Origin: a virus
Reading direction: 5' to 3' (one strand)
DNA length: 64,000 nt
IMG/VR virus record: IMGVR_UViG_3300034072_002191
Span: 16,692 to 80,691 of that record
Shown here: positions 35,411 to 45,080 of the stretch, in pieces
How positions within the stretch are numbered: the stretch's first letter is position 1
How the letters are laid out: every line of letters starts with the position of its first letter
Translations under genes and position numbers: made by a program
Notes under the pieces: generated by a model
What the model was told of the DNA's origin: nothing
What the model saw: the letters and a program-made list of their open reading frames with translations, nothing else
Databases searched by the model: none

Positions 35411-36115
35411 ATGATCGAGGGTGCGCCGCAGCGATTGCGCGAGGAGAGGGAGCGCCTTGGGCTGAACCAGCGAGATGCGGCAGCACTCGGATCAGTCAGC
35501 AAAAACACACAGTTAGCTTATGAGAGTGGGTCCTCTCCGATTCCGCTTAGCTATCTGGGTCTGATCGGCCTGAAGGGATTCGACGTCAGCTACATCGTCC
35601 TTGGCGTGCCGGCGGCAGATAGCCCGCGCCGACAGCTGCACGACGAAATGAGGGCTTCATTGGCGCGGTCAACAGCGCCGGCTACGGCTGCGCCGCGTGC
35701 CGATGATCTTGATTTGGTTGAGGTCCACGAAATTGACCTCGCCTATGGTCTGGGCGGCACCTTTTCCGATTTGCCGGTAGAAACCCAGGTGCTTCATTTC
35801 CCCCGGACCTGGCTTGAGACAATTACGAAGACGCCGCCTTCGCAGCTGACCTTTGCGCATGGCCGGGGCGACTCCATGATGCCAACCATGATGGATGGCG
35901 ACATTGTGCTCATCGACCGCTCACAGCGCACCGTACGAGAACAGGACGCAATATGGGCGTTCACAGTCGGAGACATCGCAATGATCAAGCGACTTCGTAT
36001 CCGCAGCGAAACGGTTCACATTCTGTCCGACAATGATCGGGTTCCGCCCGACGAAGCGCATCCCGAAGAGGTTAACGTCGTCGGGCGTGTAGTTTTCATT
36101 GGCCGCCGGATCTGA
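35411..36115 (+). CDS. Prophage repressor, XRE HTH plus S24 peptidase (CI/LexA type)
   Basis: RLREERERLGLNQ...YE.G, GDSM.PT..DGD.VLID, IKRL. Confidence 0.92.
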   Translation: MIEGAPQRLREERERLGLNQRDAAALGSVSKNTQLAYESGSSPIPLSYLGLIGLKGFDVSYIVLGVPAADSPRRQLHDEMRASLARSTAPATAAPRADDLDLVEVHEIDLAYGLGGTFSDLPVETQVLHFPRTWLETITKTPPSQLTFAHGRGDSMMPTMMDGDIVLIDRSQRTVREQDAIWAFTVGDIAMIKRLRIRSETVHILSDNDRVPPDEAHPEEVNVVGRVVFIGRRI

Positions 36116-36126
36116 GGGAACGATAA

Positions 36127-36629
36127 TGCTGTTGCTTGGGCTCACCGCCATGGTCCTCGGCCAGACAGGACCGGTCGTCGTGCGACGTAAAGATCCGATA
36201 ACCGACCAGGCAGCAGTTGTCGCCGCGTGGGAAGCCAATGGCTCGGCGATAGCTGTTGGCTGCACTCCAGCCACGAACACCATTAGGGTGATCTATATGG
36301 CTGAGCGGCACTATTTCGGGCGCACTGGCCTTCTTACAAGCGCGTGGGGACTTACGTATCGCTTCGATGAAAGCGAGCCGGTTTCCCAAGATTGGTTGCA
36401 TGATGACCACACTGCCGAAATGTCCGGAAGTGGCCGGATCGCTCCATTCATCGACAAGCTAGCAACGTCGAAGCGTCTTGTGATCAGGGCAAAAGAGAAC
36501 TTCGGGCGCGGCGACTCATTCGACGCCATATTCGATTTGGGAGATGCGCTTCCTGCGTTGAAGGAGGTTCTTCGTGAGTGCCGTACGAACAAGATCGTGG
36601 GGAAGCTAACTGTTAAATTTGGGCTTTAG
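36127..36629 (+). CDS. Secreted/periplasmic protein co-transcribed with the repressor (possible superinfection exclusion)
   Basis: Signal-like MLLLGLTAMVLGQ, KDPITD motif, lower GC. Start approximate: ATG about 36126, the ORF-track frame opens at 36099. Confidence 0.6.
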
Positions 36630-36648
36630 TTAGAAGGCAGTAATTCCG

Positions 36649-36813
36649 ATGGACGTCGACAAGGCCATAGAAGCCGCAGCTCGCGCGCTATGCCGATTAG
36701 CCGGCAACCCGGAGAACACCCGCTTCGAAGGTAAGCCGATGTGGCAGAGCTACATCCCGGAAGCGACCGCCGCGATCACGGCCGCTCTGCCCTTCATCCA
36801 GGGCCACAACTAG
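36649..36813 (+). CDS. 54-aa hypothetical protein (not in ORF track)
   Basis: MDVDKAIEAAARALCRLAGNPENTRFEGKPMWQSYIPEATAAITAALPFIQGHN. GAAGG upstream. Confidence 0.6.
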   Translation: MDVDKAIEAAARALCRLAGNPENTRFEGKPMWQSYIPEATAAITAALPFIQGHN

Positions 36814-36814
36814 C

Positions 36815-36928
36815 GTGGCTCGCTCGGTCCTCGGTCGGCTTGAGGCCAGCATCATGGGCGCCCTGGTGATCGCCGCGATGATCGGCACGATCGTTGGGGC
36901 GGTTCGGATGCTTAGCCTGGTGCGATAG
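36815..36928 (+). CDS. 37-aa single-TM peptide (not in ORF track)
   Basis: GTG 1 nt after the previous stop. MARSVLGRLEASIMGALVIAAMIGTIVGAVRMLSLVR. Confidence 0.35.
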   Translation: MARSVLGRLEASIMGALVIAAMIGTIVGAVRMLSLVR

Positions 36929-37019
36929 GGGTCCCACTTCAGCGAATCCGCATATGTTGGAAGGCATCACCGAAAGTGGCAGATTTCCGTGATTTCTGCG
37001 CCTCAGACAGCAAAGACGC

Positions 37020-37047
37020 AAAGTGGGACCCGTTGAGGTCCCACTTT
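37020..37047. repeat. Perfect 11-bp inverted repeat near the Mu left end
   Basis: AAAGTGGGACC-CGTTGA-GGTCCCACTTT. Extra half-site at 36929..36939. Confidence 0.7.
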
Positions 37048-37318
37048 CGCGCTCGCGTAAATTGTTGCGGCGTGAGAGAATTGCCCTCAGACACTCCTAA
37101 GAGGACGCATTTCCGCGTCTTAGAGGCCCTTGAGAGGCTGTTCAGCCGCCGGTCGCCGACTCTGACACATCCTGTCAAAGGGCTGTCTATTTCACGCGTG
37201 CGTTTTGACAACGTCGCTCCCACCGATGCGCGCTAGCCCCTGTTGCAAACCCACGGATTTCCGCCATTTGTCCGCGAAAGATCGGGTAAGCGGGGCTAAT
37301 CCCGGAATTCAACCTTCA

Positions 37319-37343
37319 CTCCAGCAGCAAGTGTCAACTCTCA
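37319..37343 (-). repeat. Mu left end (attL) with transposase-binding repeat
   Basis: - strand TGAGAGT-TGACAC-TTGCTGC-TGGAG. Degenerate copy at 37160..37177. Confidence 0.8.
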
Positions 37344-37348
37344 TCGGG
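37344..37348 (+). repeat. 5-bp target-site duplication TCGGG (right copy)
   Basis: Follows the terminal CA. Identical to 1017..1021. Confidence 0.9.
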
Positions 37349-37428
37349 ACCTTCGATCTGGAGCACGGCTCTTGCGACTCCCGCCAGACTGACCGGCGCA
37401 GACCGCGCTCGGGCGGAAGTTTCAAGCT

Positions 37429-37785
37429 ATGAGCAAACGAAGATTGGCGGGCCTGCCTCCCAGGCTCGCCTCGCTGCCGTCCCGGCTCGCCACATTCGAG
37501 AGCGGCGATCGCGGGCGGACGCAGGCCAGCCCTTGGCGGCAATGGTACAAGACGCCTCGCTGGCGTGCGACGCGCCTCCGGATCTTCGCTCGCGATGCCT
37601 ATCGCTGCCAATGGCCAGGATGCGGGCGCATCGAACCCAACACCTCGCTCCTAGTTGCCGACCATCGTACGGCGCACCGCGGCGACGAACGTCTCTTCTG
37701 GGACGAGGGTAACATCCAGACGCTCTGCAAGCCCTGTCACGACGGCGCGAAGCAGCGCGCCGAGCAGCGCGGCCGCAGTCGCTGA
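37429..37785 (+). CDS. HNH endonuclease (HK97 gp74-like packaging cofactor)
   Basis: WY...RW, RD.Y.C...C, DH...HRGD..LFWD..N.QTLC..CH. Confidence 0.92.
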   Translation: MSKRRLAGLPPRLASLPSRLATFESGDRGRTQASPWRQWYKTPRWRATRLRIFARDAYRCQWPGCGRIEPNTSLLVADHRTAHRGDERLFWDEGNIQTLCKPCHDGAKQRAEQRGRSR

Positions 37786-37880
37786 CCCCACCCCCCGGTC
37801 AAAAGTCTGGCCGGGCGCCGCCGCACTGGACCGCTCCCGTCCCACGCGGAGAAAAAATCCCGGTGGAGCGGCTGGGGGTG
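37786..37880. other. Probable cos/packaging-initiation region
   Basis: Non-coding gap between HNH and terS with CCCCCGGTCAAAAGT...CGCGGAGAAAAAAT, the usual cos position in HK97-like phages. Exact cut site not determinable. Confidence 0.5.
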
Positions 37881-37906
37881 CGAACTTTCGCCGGAGGTAG
37901 CCGCCG

Positions 37907-38467
37907 ATGGCGCAACGAAAATCGACTATCGACTGGGCGCGGATCGAACTTGAATACTTGGCGGGTGAAGATTCCATCCGCGAAATAGCTGACCGACACG
38001 AGATTTCCGACACGGCTATTCGGAAGCGTGCGAAAGAGCATGGGTGGGTTCGCGAGGTTCGCAGTGCGAACCGGTGCGAACCTGCCCGCCAGCCGCCTCC
38101 GCCGCCCCGCTCGGACCCGGAGACGCCCCGCGATCCCGGCCAAATCGCAGACGATGGCCGCTCGCTCGTTGGGCGCATGCTGGACGAGCTGGACACAGTC
38201 ACCAGCCGCCGCGGTGAGCTTGAAGACCTGATCATCGCTGCCACGGATGGCGACGACGACGACAGCCGGCGCGACGCGATGATGAAGGCGCTGAGCCTGG
38301 GCAACCGTGCGAACACGATGAAGACGCTCGCGCTCGCGCTGAAGACGTTAAACGAGGCTGCGGCGCCGCAAGGGAAGAAGGCCGCGCAGCAGGAGCGGGC
38401 CGCCGCGGTCGGGAGCGGCAGCCGCTTCCAAGGCCTTGGACCGCCGACACTGAAAGCGGTGAAGTAG
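37907..38467 (+). CDS. Terminase small subunit
   Basis: DW..IE.EY.AG..SIREIA..H.IS...IRKRAK..GW HTH, C-terminal GKK...A. Precedes terL. Confidence 0.8.
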   Translation: MAQRKSTIDWARIELEYLAGEDSIREIADRHEISDTAIRKRAKEHGWVREVRSANRCEPARQPPPPPRSDPETPRDPGQIADDGRSLVGRMLDELDTVTSRRGELEDLIIAATDGDDDDSRRDAMMKALSLGNRANTMKTLALALKTLNEAAAPQGKKAAQQERAAAVGSGSRFQGLGPPTLKAVK

Positions 38468-38468
38468 G

Positions 38469-40184
38469 GTGCTCACCTGGTCGACGGCGTGCCCGGACTG
38501 GAAGCGCCGGATCAAAGAGCGCCGGTCGTTGATCCCGTTTTCTCCGCTGTTTCCTGCCTCCGCAGAGGCGAAGATGGCGGTGTTCACGTCGCTCAAGATC
38601 GTCGACCTCGGGTACAACCCGGCAACCAACGATTATTGGACGATCGGCGAGAGCGCGGACGAGTGGCTGCTCGACTTCGTCGCCGCGATCTTCGGCGCAT
38701 ACGATCCCGAGACCGGGCAGCAGATGATCCGCGAGGGCTTCCTGCTGGTCTCGAAGAAGAACACGAAATCGACGATCGCCGCCGGCATCATGCTCACCGA
38801 GTTGATCTGCGGCTGGCGACCCTCGGACGAAAACCTGATCCTGGCGCCGACGATCGAGGTCGCCGGCAACAGCTTCAAGCCCGCGATGGATATGATCCGG
38901 GCAGACGACGAGCTCGACGCGCTTCTGCATCCGCAGGAGCACATCCGGACCATCACGAACCGGAACAACAAATCGACGCTCAAGGTGGTTGCTGCCGACA
39001 GCGCGACGGTGTCGGGCAAGAAGGCAAGCCGGGTGCTGATCGACGAGCTTTGGCTGTTCGGGAAGAAGGCCACCGCCGACGCGATGTTCCGCGAGGCGAC
39101 GGGCGGCCAGGTGGCGCGCCCGGAGGGGTACACGCTCTACCTGACGACACAGTCGGACGAGCCGCCGGCGGGGGTGTTCAAGGACAAGCTGGCCTATGCG
39201 CGCGATGTGCGCGACGGCCTGGTGCAGGACAACGAATTTCTCCCGGTGCTCTACGAGTTTCCGGAGGAGATGATCGAGGCGAAGGAGCACCTGCTCCCCG
39301 CCAATTTTTACATCACCAACCCCAACCTGGGGCGTTCGGTCAGCCAGAAGTGGCTGGAGAGCCAGTTTCAGAAGGTCGAGAACGCCGAGGACGGCACCAA
39401 GCAGGTCTTCTATGCGAAGCACCTCAACGTCGAGATCGGAGTCGGCCTTCGGCATGATGCCTGGGCGGGGGCCCTCTATTGGGAGGCGGCGGCGGCGCCG
39501 CCGGAGATCTGGGACGGCTCGCTCGAGCATTTCGTCGCCATCTGCGAGGTGGCTGTGGCCGGCATAGACGGTGGAGGTCTCGACGACTTGCTCGGCCTGA
39601 CGTTGCTCGGCCGCCACCGGCAGACCAAGGCCTGGCTTAGCTGGTCGCATGCCTGGGCCCAGCTCGACGTGTTCGAGCGCCGCAAGGATATCGTCAGCCG
39701 GCTGCAGGACTTCATCGCCGAGGGATCGCTGACGAAGTGCGAGGACCCGACGCAGGATCTGGTCGAGCTAGCGAACATCCTGGAGCAGGTAAAGGATGCT
39801 GGGCTGTTCCCGGAGGAGTACGCGATCGGGCTCGACCCGGCTGGCGTGGCCGCGATCGTCGACGAGCTTATAGGGCGAGGCTTCACCGAAAAGCAGCTGC
39901 TCGCGATCTCGCAGGGCTTCCGCCTGTCGGCTGCGGTCTGGGGATCGGAGCGCAAGCTCAAGGACGGCACGCTGCTCCACGCCGTGCAGGAGCTGATGAA
40001 CTGGTGTGTCGGCAACGCGAAGGCTGAGCAGCGCGGGAACGCGGTGCTGATCACCAAGCAGGTCGCCGGCAAGGCCAAGATCGACCCGCTGATCGCCCTG
40101 TTCAACGCCGTCATGCTGATGGCTCGCAATCCGGCGGCGGTGCCGCCGTCCGTCTACACGCGCCGCGGCATCATTCGGGTCTGA
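38469..40184 (+). CDS. Terminase large subunit
   Basis: [38 protein letters not shown]. Confidence 0.95.
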   Translation: MLTWSTACPDWKRRIKERRSLIPFSPLFPASAEAKMAVFTSLKIVDLGYNPATNDYWTIGESADEWLLDFVAAIFGAYDPETGQQMIREGFLLVSKKNTKSTIAAGIMLTELICGWRPSDENLILAPTIEVAGNSFKPAMDMIRADDELDALLHPQEHIRTITNRNNKSTLKVVAADSATVSGKKASRVLIDELWLFGKKATADAMFREATGGQVARPEGYTLYLTTQSDEPPAGVFKDKLAYARDVRDGLVQDNEFLPVLYEFPEEMIEAKEHLLPANFYITNPNLGRSVSQKWLESQFQKVENAEDGTKQVFYAKHLNVEIGVGLRHDAWAGALYWEAAAAPPEIWDGSLEHFVAICEVAVAGIDGGGLDDLLGLTLLGRHRQTKAWLSWSHAWAQLDVFERRKDIVSRLQDFIAEGSLTKCEDPTQDLVELANILEQVKDAGLFPEEYAIGLDPAGVAAIVDELIGRGFTEKQLLAISQGFRLSAAVWGSERKLKDGTLLHAVQELMNWCVGNAKAEQRGNAVLITKQVAGKAKIDPLIALFNAVMLMARNPAAVPPSVYTRRGIIRV

Positions 40185-40194
40185 AGGAGGGCGT

Positions 40195-41508
40195 ATGGGA
40201 GGCATGTCGCCCGACGATTATCGCCGCGCGGCCGGCTATCGCCGGTCCGAGGCGCAACGGGCGCCGGTGATGGTTGCTCGCACGGGTCCGGTCAGCGCAG
40301 CCCAGGTCATGACCTTCGAAAGCCCCGAGCTGGTCGACTTTCTTCGCGGCGGTGCACCGTCGGCCAGCGGCACGCACGTCGACGAGCTGATGTCGCTGCG
40401 GAACAGCACATTCTTCCGCGCGGTGAACCTGATCGCCGCCTCGATCGGCATGCTGCCCACCTTTCTCATGCGTCGCACGGTCGACGCGCAGGGGCAGGAG
40501 CACATCCAGAAGGCCAAGGATCACCCGCTCTATCGGGTGCTGCACAAGCGGCCCAACACCTATCAGACGGCTTTCGAGTTCAAGAGCCACATGCAGCAGC
40601 TCGCGCTGCGCCATGGCAACGCCTATGCACTCATCATCCGGGGCCTGCGGGGGAAGGTGGTGCAGCTGGTGCCGCTGCCGCGCGGCGCCGTAACCCCAAA
40701 GCTCTCCAGCGACTGGGTGCTGACCTTCGAATATCGCCGCCCGACTGGTGGAACGGTGACCCTTCCGGCGAGCGACGTCTTCCACTTTCGCCACCCAATC
40801 ACGCGCGACGGCCTGACCGGCGTCAGCCTCGTCGACATGGCTCGCAATTCCATCGGGATCGCGGCCGATGCCGAGAAGGCGGCCGGCAAGCTGCTGAACG
40901 GCGGCGTCATGGCGGGCGGGGCGCTGGAAACCGACAAAGGCCTGGGGGACGAGGCGATCGATCGCCTGAAGGCGAGCATGGCCGAGGACTATACGGGCAC
41001 CGACAACGCCGGAACCTGGATGATCCTCGAAGAGGGCATGAAGGCCAAGCCGTTCATCGCCAGCGCGCGGGATGCCCAATACGACGAGCTGCGGAAGCGA
41101 CAGGCGGAGGAGGTATCACGCTTCACCGGCGTGCCGCGCCCGCTTCTTATGTTCGACGAGACCAGCTGGGGCAGTGGCATCGAGCAGCTGGGGCTGTTCT
41201 TCGTGACCTACTGCCTCATGCCGTGGTTCATCGCCTGGGAGCAGGCAATCGAGCGCTCGTGCTTCACCGATGCCGAGCAAGATGCCGAAGAGCTCTACGT
41301 CAAGTTCAACGAGGGCGCGCTGCTGCGCGGCTCGCTCAAGGATCAGGCCGAGTTCTTCAAGGCAGCCCTGGGCCCGAACCAAGCCTATCGCTCGGTCAAT
41401 GAGGTGCGGAGCGCCTTCGATCTCAACCCAAAGACAGGCGACGAGACCGGGCCCGACGCAATTCCGCAGCCAATCGCCGCCCCGCAACCGCAAGGGACCA
41501 CCAAATGA
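40195..41508 (+). CDS. Portal protein, HK97 family
   Basis: DHPLY.VL..RPN, GNAYA, GVS, ILEEGM, F.GVP, SGIEQ, LLRG, NEVR. Confidence 0.95.
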   Translation: MGGMSPDDYRRAAGYRRSEAQRAPVMVARTGPVSAAQVMTFESPELVDFLRGGAPSASGTHVDELMSLRNSTFFRAVNLIAASIGMLPTFLMRRTVDAQGQEHIQKAKDHPLYRVLHKRPNTYQTAFEFKSHMQQLALRHGNAYALIIRGLRGKVVQLVPLPRGAVTPKLSSDWVLTFEYRRPTGGTVTLPASDVFHFRHPITRDGLTGVSLVDMARNSIGIAADAEKAAGKLLNGGVMAGGALETDKGLGDEAIDRLKASMAEDYTGTDNAGTWMILEEGMKAKPFIASARDAQYDELRKRQAEEVSRFTGVPRPLLMFDETSWGSGIEQLGLFFVTYCLMPWFIAWEQAIERSCFTDAEQDAEELYVKFNEGALLRGSLKDQAEFFKAALGPNQAYRSVNEVRSAFDLNPKTGDETGPDAIPQPIAAPQPQGTTK

Positions 41509-42494
41509 GCGAGCAGCCTCGCCCGCCCGGGCGACCGGACGCCATCAAGACGTTGGGCGGCAAGCCCCTGCCGGGCGCGAAGCCCGCTGCCGCGGTGCCG
41601 GGCCGGCCGCGCGCGATCATCGGCAACGTGCAGGGCCGCGAACGCCCTGGCGCGCTGCCGCTCCCCGCCGATCGCAAGGTGTCCGCCTTCTCGCCGGCGT
41701 CTGTGCTCGATCGCTGGGGCGAGGATGCGGCTGGTATCCGCCCGGCCGCGCTCGAGCAGGGCGATTCGACGATCACTATGTTCGACGTGATCGGCGAAGA
41801 CTGGTGGACCGGCGGCGGCGTGACCGCGAAGAAGGTCGGCGCCCAGCTCCGGGCGATCGGCAATCGCCCAATCGAAGTGCAGATCAACAGCGGCGGCGGC
41901 GACATGTTCGAGGGCCTCGCGATCTACAACGTGCTTCGCGAGCATCCCGCCGAGGTGACGGTCAAGGTCATGGGCATGGCGGCTTCGGCCGCCTCCATCA
42001 TCGCCATGGCTGGGGACCGCGTCGAGATCGGCGCCGCCAGCTTCATCATGATTCATAATTGCTGGGTCGTGGCGTCGGGCAACCGCCACGACATGGCCGA
42101 AGTCGCCGCCTATCTGGCGCCGTTCGACCAGGCCATGGCCGATGTCTACGCCCAGCGGACCGGCAAGACGGCCGCCGACGTCGCGAAGTGGATGGATGCC
42201 GAGACCTACATGTCGGGCAGCACCGCGATCGAGCGCGGATTCGCCGATGCTCTCCTCTCGGCTGACCAGATGAAGGTCGACGAGAAGGCCAAAGCTTCCG
42301 ACCGCGAGGTGAACGAGGTTCGTGCACTCGAGATGACGCTGCTTGCCAGCGGCATGTCGCGCGCGCAGGCCCGCGCCCGCATCAAAGCACTCAAGGGCAC
42401 GCCGGACGCTGCCCGCGAGCCCGCCGACACGCCTGGCGCTGGCGGCAATGACCTGCTCGGCCCGCTGGCCGGGCTCCTCAACAGCCTGAAGTAG
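41505..42494 (+). CDS. ClpP-like head maturation protease
   Basis: INSGGGD.FEG.AIYN, GMAASAAS.IAMAGD, MIHN, ET.M....A...GFAD. Confidence 0.95.
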   Translation: MSEQPRPPGRPDAIKTLGGKPLPGAKPAAAVPGRPRAIIGNVQGRERPGALPLPADRKVSAFSPASVLDRWGEDAAGIRPAALEQGDSTITMFDVIGEDWWTGGGVTAKKVGAQLRAIGNRPIEVQINSGGGDMFEGLAIYNVLREHPAEVTVKVMGMAASAASIIAMAGDRVEIGAASFIMIHNCWVVASGNRHDMAEVAAYLAPFDQAMADVYAQRTGKTAADVAKWMDAETYMSGSTAIERGFADALLSADQMKVDEKAKASDREVNEVRALEMTLLASGMSRAQARARIKALKGTPDAAREPADTPGAGGNDLLGPLAGLLNSLK

Positions 42495-42510
42495 ACCAGG
42501 AGAAGCCCCC

Positions 42511-43905
42511 ATGAAGTTCAGCACCCGCACCGCCCTTGCGGCGGTGGCGACCGTCCTCGCGCATCCGTTCCGCGCGGCGGCAGCGCCCAAGCCCAGCCTG
42601 ACCCTGAAGGCGCCGACGCTCGGCGACCTCGCCGCCGCCGGCAGCATCACGGTACCGCGCGCGATTGCGACCGCCCGCGTCCGCATGGATGCGAGCGACC
42701 CCAAGGCCTTGATCGAGCAGATCAACGCGGCGGTGAAGGAGATGCGCGACGTCAACGACCAGCGCCTGAGCAAGCTCGAAGCCAAGGTCGATCCGCTCGA
42801 CGCGCAGCAGTTCGAGAAGATCAGCGCGACGGTCACGGACCTCGAAAGCGCGCTGAATGCCATCAACGCGAAGATTGCCTCTGCGGCGCTCGACGGCGCG
42901 GGGCGCAATCAGCCGAAGGACCCGGAGTATTCCGACCGGTTCAACGCATGGTTCCGCGGCGGCAAGCACGAAGACGATCTGAAGGCGCTTCATCGTCCGG
43001 GCGGCGTCCGTGCCGCAATGACCGAAGGCTCGCAGGCCGATGGCGGCCTTACCACGCCGGTCGAGTGGGACCGCACCATCGAGGGGCGCCTGAAGCTGAT
43101 CTCGCCGATGCGCCAGAATGCCCAGGTGCAGGTGACGTCGCGCGCCGGCTTCACCAAGCTGTTCACCGACCGCCAGGTCGGCAGCGGCTGGGTCGGTGAG
43201 ACCGCGGCGCGTCCGGCCACGTCCACGCCGCAGTTCACTGCGCTGACTTTCGGCAATGGCGAGATCTACGCCAACCCGGCCGCGTCCCAGACGCTGCTCG
43301 AGGACAGCGAGATCGATATCGAGGCTTGGCTCGCGGGCGAGGTCGAGACCGAGTTCGAGCGTCAGGAATCGATCGCCTTTCTCAGCGGCGACGGCGTGAA
43401 CAAGCCCTACGGCTTGCTCACCTATGTGACCGGCGGCGCCAATGCGGCGCGTCACCCCTGGGGCGACATCAAGCTCGCCGCCTCCGGCGCCGCGGCTGCG
43501 TTCACCTCGGACGCGATCATCGACCTGATCTACTCGCTGCCTGCGGCCTATTCGCAGGGCGCCAAGTTCTACACCAACCGCACGTCCCTTGCGGCCATGC
43601 GGAAGCTGAAGGACGGGCAGGGCAATTACCTGTGGCAGCCCACCTATGTCGCTGGCCAGCCGTCCACGCTCGCCGGCTACGGCGTGATCGACATGCCCGA
43701 CATGCCGAACGCCGCGGCGGGCAACGTCGCACTGCTGTTCGGTGACATGGCCCGGACCTACCTGATCATCGACCGGCGCGGCGTGATGATGCTGCGCGAC
43801 CCGTACACCAACAAGCCGTTCGTCAGCTTCTACACCACGAAGCGCGTCGGCGGCGGCGTCCAGAACCCGGACGCGATGAAGGCGATGAAGATCGCCGCCA
43901 GCTGA
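42511..43905 (+). CDS. Major capsid protein, HK97 fold
   Basis: DGG..P.EWDR, WVGE, LLEDS, GDG.NKP.G, KLKDG.GNYLWQP, FGD, KRVGG. RBS AGGAG. Confidence 0.95.
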   Translation: MKFSTRTALAAVATVLAHPFRAAAAPKPSLTLKAPTLGDLAAAGSITVPRAIATARVRMDASDPKALIEQINAAVKEMRDVNDQRLSKLEAKVDPLDAQQFEKISATVTDLESALNAINAKIASAALDGAGRNQPKDPEYSDRFNAWFRGGKHEDDLKALHRPGGVRAAMTEGSQADGGLTTPVEWDRTIEGRLKLISPMRQNAQVQVTSRAGFTKLFTDRQVGSGWVGETAARPATSTPQFTALTFGNGEIYANPAASQTLLEDSEIDIEAWLAGEVETEFERQESIAFLSGDGVNKPYGLLTYVTGGANAARHPWGDIKLAASGAAAAFTSDAIIDLIYSLPAAYSQGAKFYTNRTSLAAMRKLKDGQGNYLWQPTYVAGQPSTLAGYGVIDMPDMPNAAAGNVALLFGDMARTYLIIDRRGVMMLRDPYTNKPFVSFYTTKRVGGGVQNPDAMKAMKIAAS

Positions 43906-43918
43906 TCGCTGACGATCT

Positions 43919-43982
43919 CCGGGCCGGCTTCGGCTGGCCCGGTTGATCGAAGCGGCGCCGCGTAGCGCCGTTTCGGTCAACC
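43919..43982 (+). terminator. Twin GC-rich hairpins after the capsid gene (attenuator/stabiliser)
   Basis: CCGGGCCGGC-TTCG-GCTGGCCCGG, then GGTTGATCGAAGCGGCGC...GCGCCGTTTCGGTCAACC. No U-tract. Confidence 0.45.
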
Positions 43983-43994
43983 ATGGAGGCCCCC

Positions 43995-44222
43995 ATGACC
44001 ACGAAGAACCCGACTGCTGCGGCGTCGACCGCGAAGACCACCGACACCGGCCGCTTCGGCGCCTCTGGCGCTCCTGGCGTCGACGTCGACCTCGATACCT
44101 CTCACCCGGCGCTCGATGCGGACCCGCGCGCGAACACCACCGCCGAGCAGAACCAGATCGACTTCAACGACCCGGCGAAAACCAGCCAGGAGGCTGTCGA
44201 GGATACGCTGAAGGCGAAGTGA
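43995..44222 (+). CDS. Small hypothetical head-region protein
   Basis: GGAGG RBS before ATG 43995. HPA.D.DPR..TT..QN.IDFNDP. Confidence 0.7.
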   Translation: MTTKNPTAAASTAKTTDTGRFGASGAPGVDVDLDTSHPALDADPRANTTAEQNQIDFNDPAKTSQEAVEDTLKAK

Positions 44223-44278
44223 CCACGGGCCGCGCCTCACCGCGCGGCCCAACCCCTGCACGACCATAGGAGGGCCCC

Positions 44279-45067
44279 TTGGCCGACAATGTCACCACCC
44301 CCGTTGCCGACGGCAAGGTTCTTGCCTTCAAGGATATCGGCGGCATCCTGTTCGCCCTGAACCTGCTCGTGGACGCTGCCGGGCAGGATGTGATGGGTCT
44401 GGTAGCCGCCAGTCCCGCCGCCAACACCATGCTTGGGCGGTTGAAGGCGATCGCCGATCTGCTGACGTCGCAGAACGGCTATGTCGACGGGCTGGAAGGA
44501 TTGCAGACGGCCGGCAACGCCACCCTGACCCAGATCGCGGGCTATCTGGACGGCGTCGAGGGGCTGCTCGCAGCCGCGACCCCGCCGGGCGAGAGCTACA
44601 TCGGCCGCCTTGGCGGCGATGTGCTGACTGCGCCCGGTAGCACGCCGACGGTCAGCACCACCGCTTATGCCAGCGGCAATGTAGTCGGTAGTCTGATCAC
44701 CTTCACCGGCGCCGCGCGCCTGGCGGCCGGTTCGGGCCTCATCCAGGCGGCAAGCGTGATGTCCAAGAGCGCGCAGACCGCAGCGCTCGATCTCCTGATC
44801 TTCTCCGCGAATCCGTCAGCATCCACGTTCACGGACAAGGCGGCCGTCGCGATCAATGCCGCCGACCTCGACAAGCTGGTCGGCGTGATCCACCTGACCG
44901 ATTGGTCGGCGCTCGGCACTGCCTCGATTGCCCAGGCGGTCGGTGGCGGGCTTCCCTTCAAGCTGGCATCCGGCACCTCGATCTACGGCGTGCTGGTCGC
45001 GCGCGCGGCGATAACGCTGGCCTCGACGTCCGATCTCACGCCGTCGCTCCGGATCATTCCGGGCTGA
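44279..45067 (+). CDS. Putative head decoration/spike protein
   Basis: AGGAGG plus TTG start. Internal repeat GY(V/L)DG(L/V)EGL and beta-rich C-terminal domain. Confidence 0.6.
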   Translation: MADNVTTPVADGKVLAFKDIGGILFALNLLVDAAGQDVMGLVAASPAANTMLGRLKAIADLLTSQNGYVDGLEGLQTAGNATLTQIAGYLDGVEGLLAAATPPGESYIGRLGGDVLTAPGSTPTVSTTAYASGNVVGSLITFTGAARLAAGSGLIQAASVMSKSAQTAALDLLIFSANPSASTFTDKAAVAINAADLDKLVGVIHLTDWSALGTASIAQAVGGGLPFKLASGTSIYGVLVARAAITLASTSDLTPSLRIIPG

Positions 45068-45080
45068 TCGGAGGCTCGCC

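Larger units (their letters stand above)
1022..37343 (-). mobile_element. Mu-like transposable prophage (siphovirus-type tail), reverse orientation, 36,322 bp
   Basis: TG...CA termini, imperfect 26-bp terminal inverted repeat (18/26 identity), 5-bp TSD, MuA with DDE residues, MuB, GemA, Mor and Mu gp27-gp37-type head cluster. Confidence 0.95.

Noticed and set aside
36939-37611. ORFs spanning the Mu left-end region (36939..37223, 36976..37236, 37205..37432, 37309..37611)
   Set aside because: They lie in or cross the att/TSD junction and have no coding signals.
38232-43980. Long antisense ORFs (38232..39650, 41385..42908, 42478..43980)
   Set aside because: Shadow frames of terminase, protease and capsid in GC-rich DNA, with no motifs or RBS.
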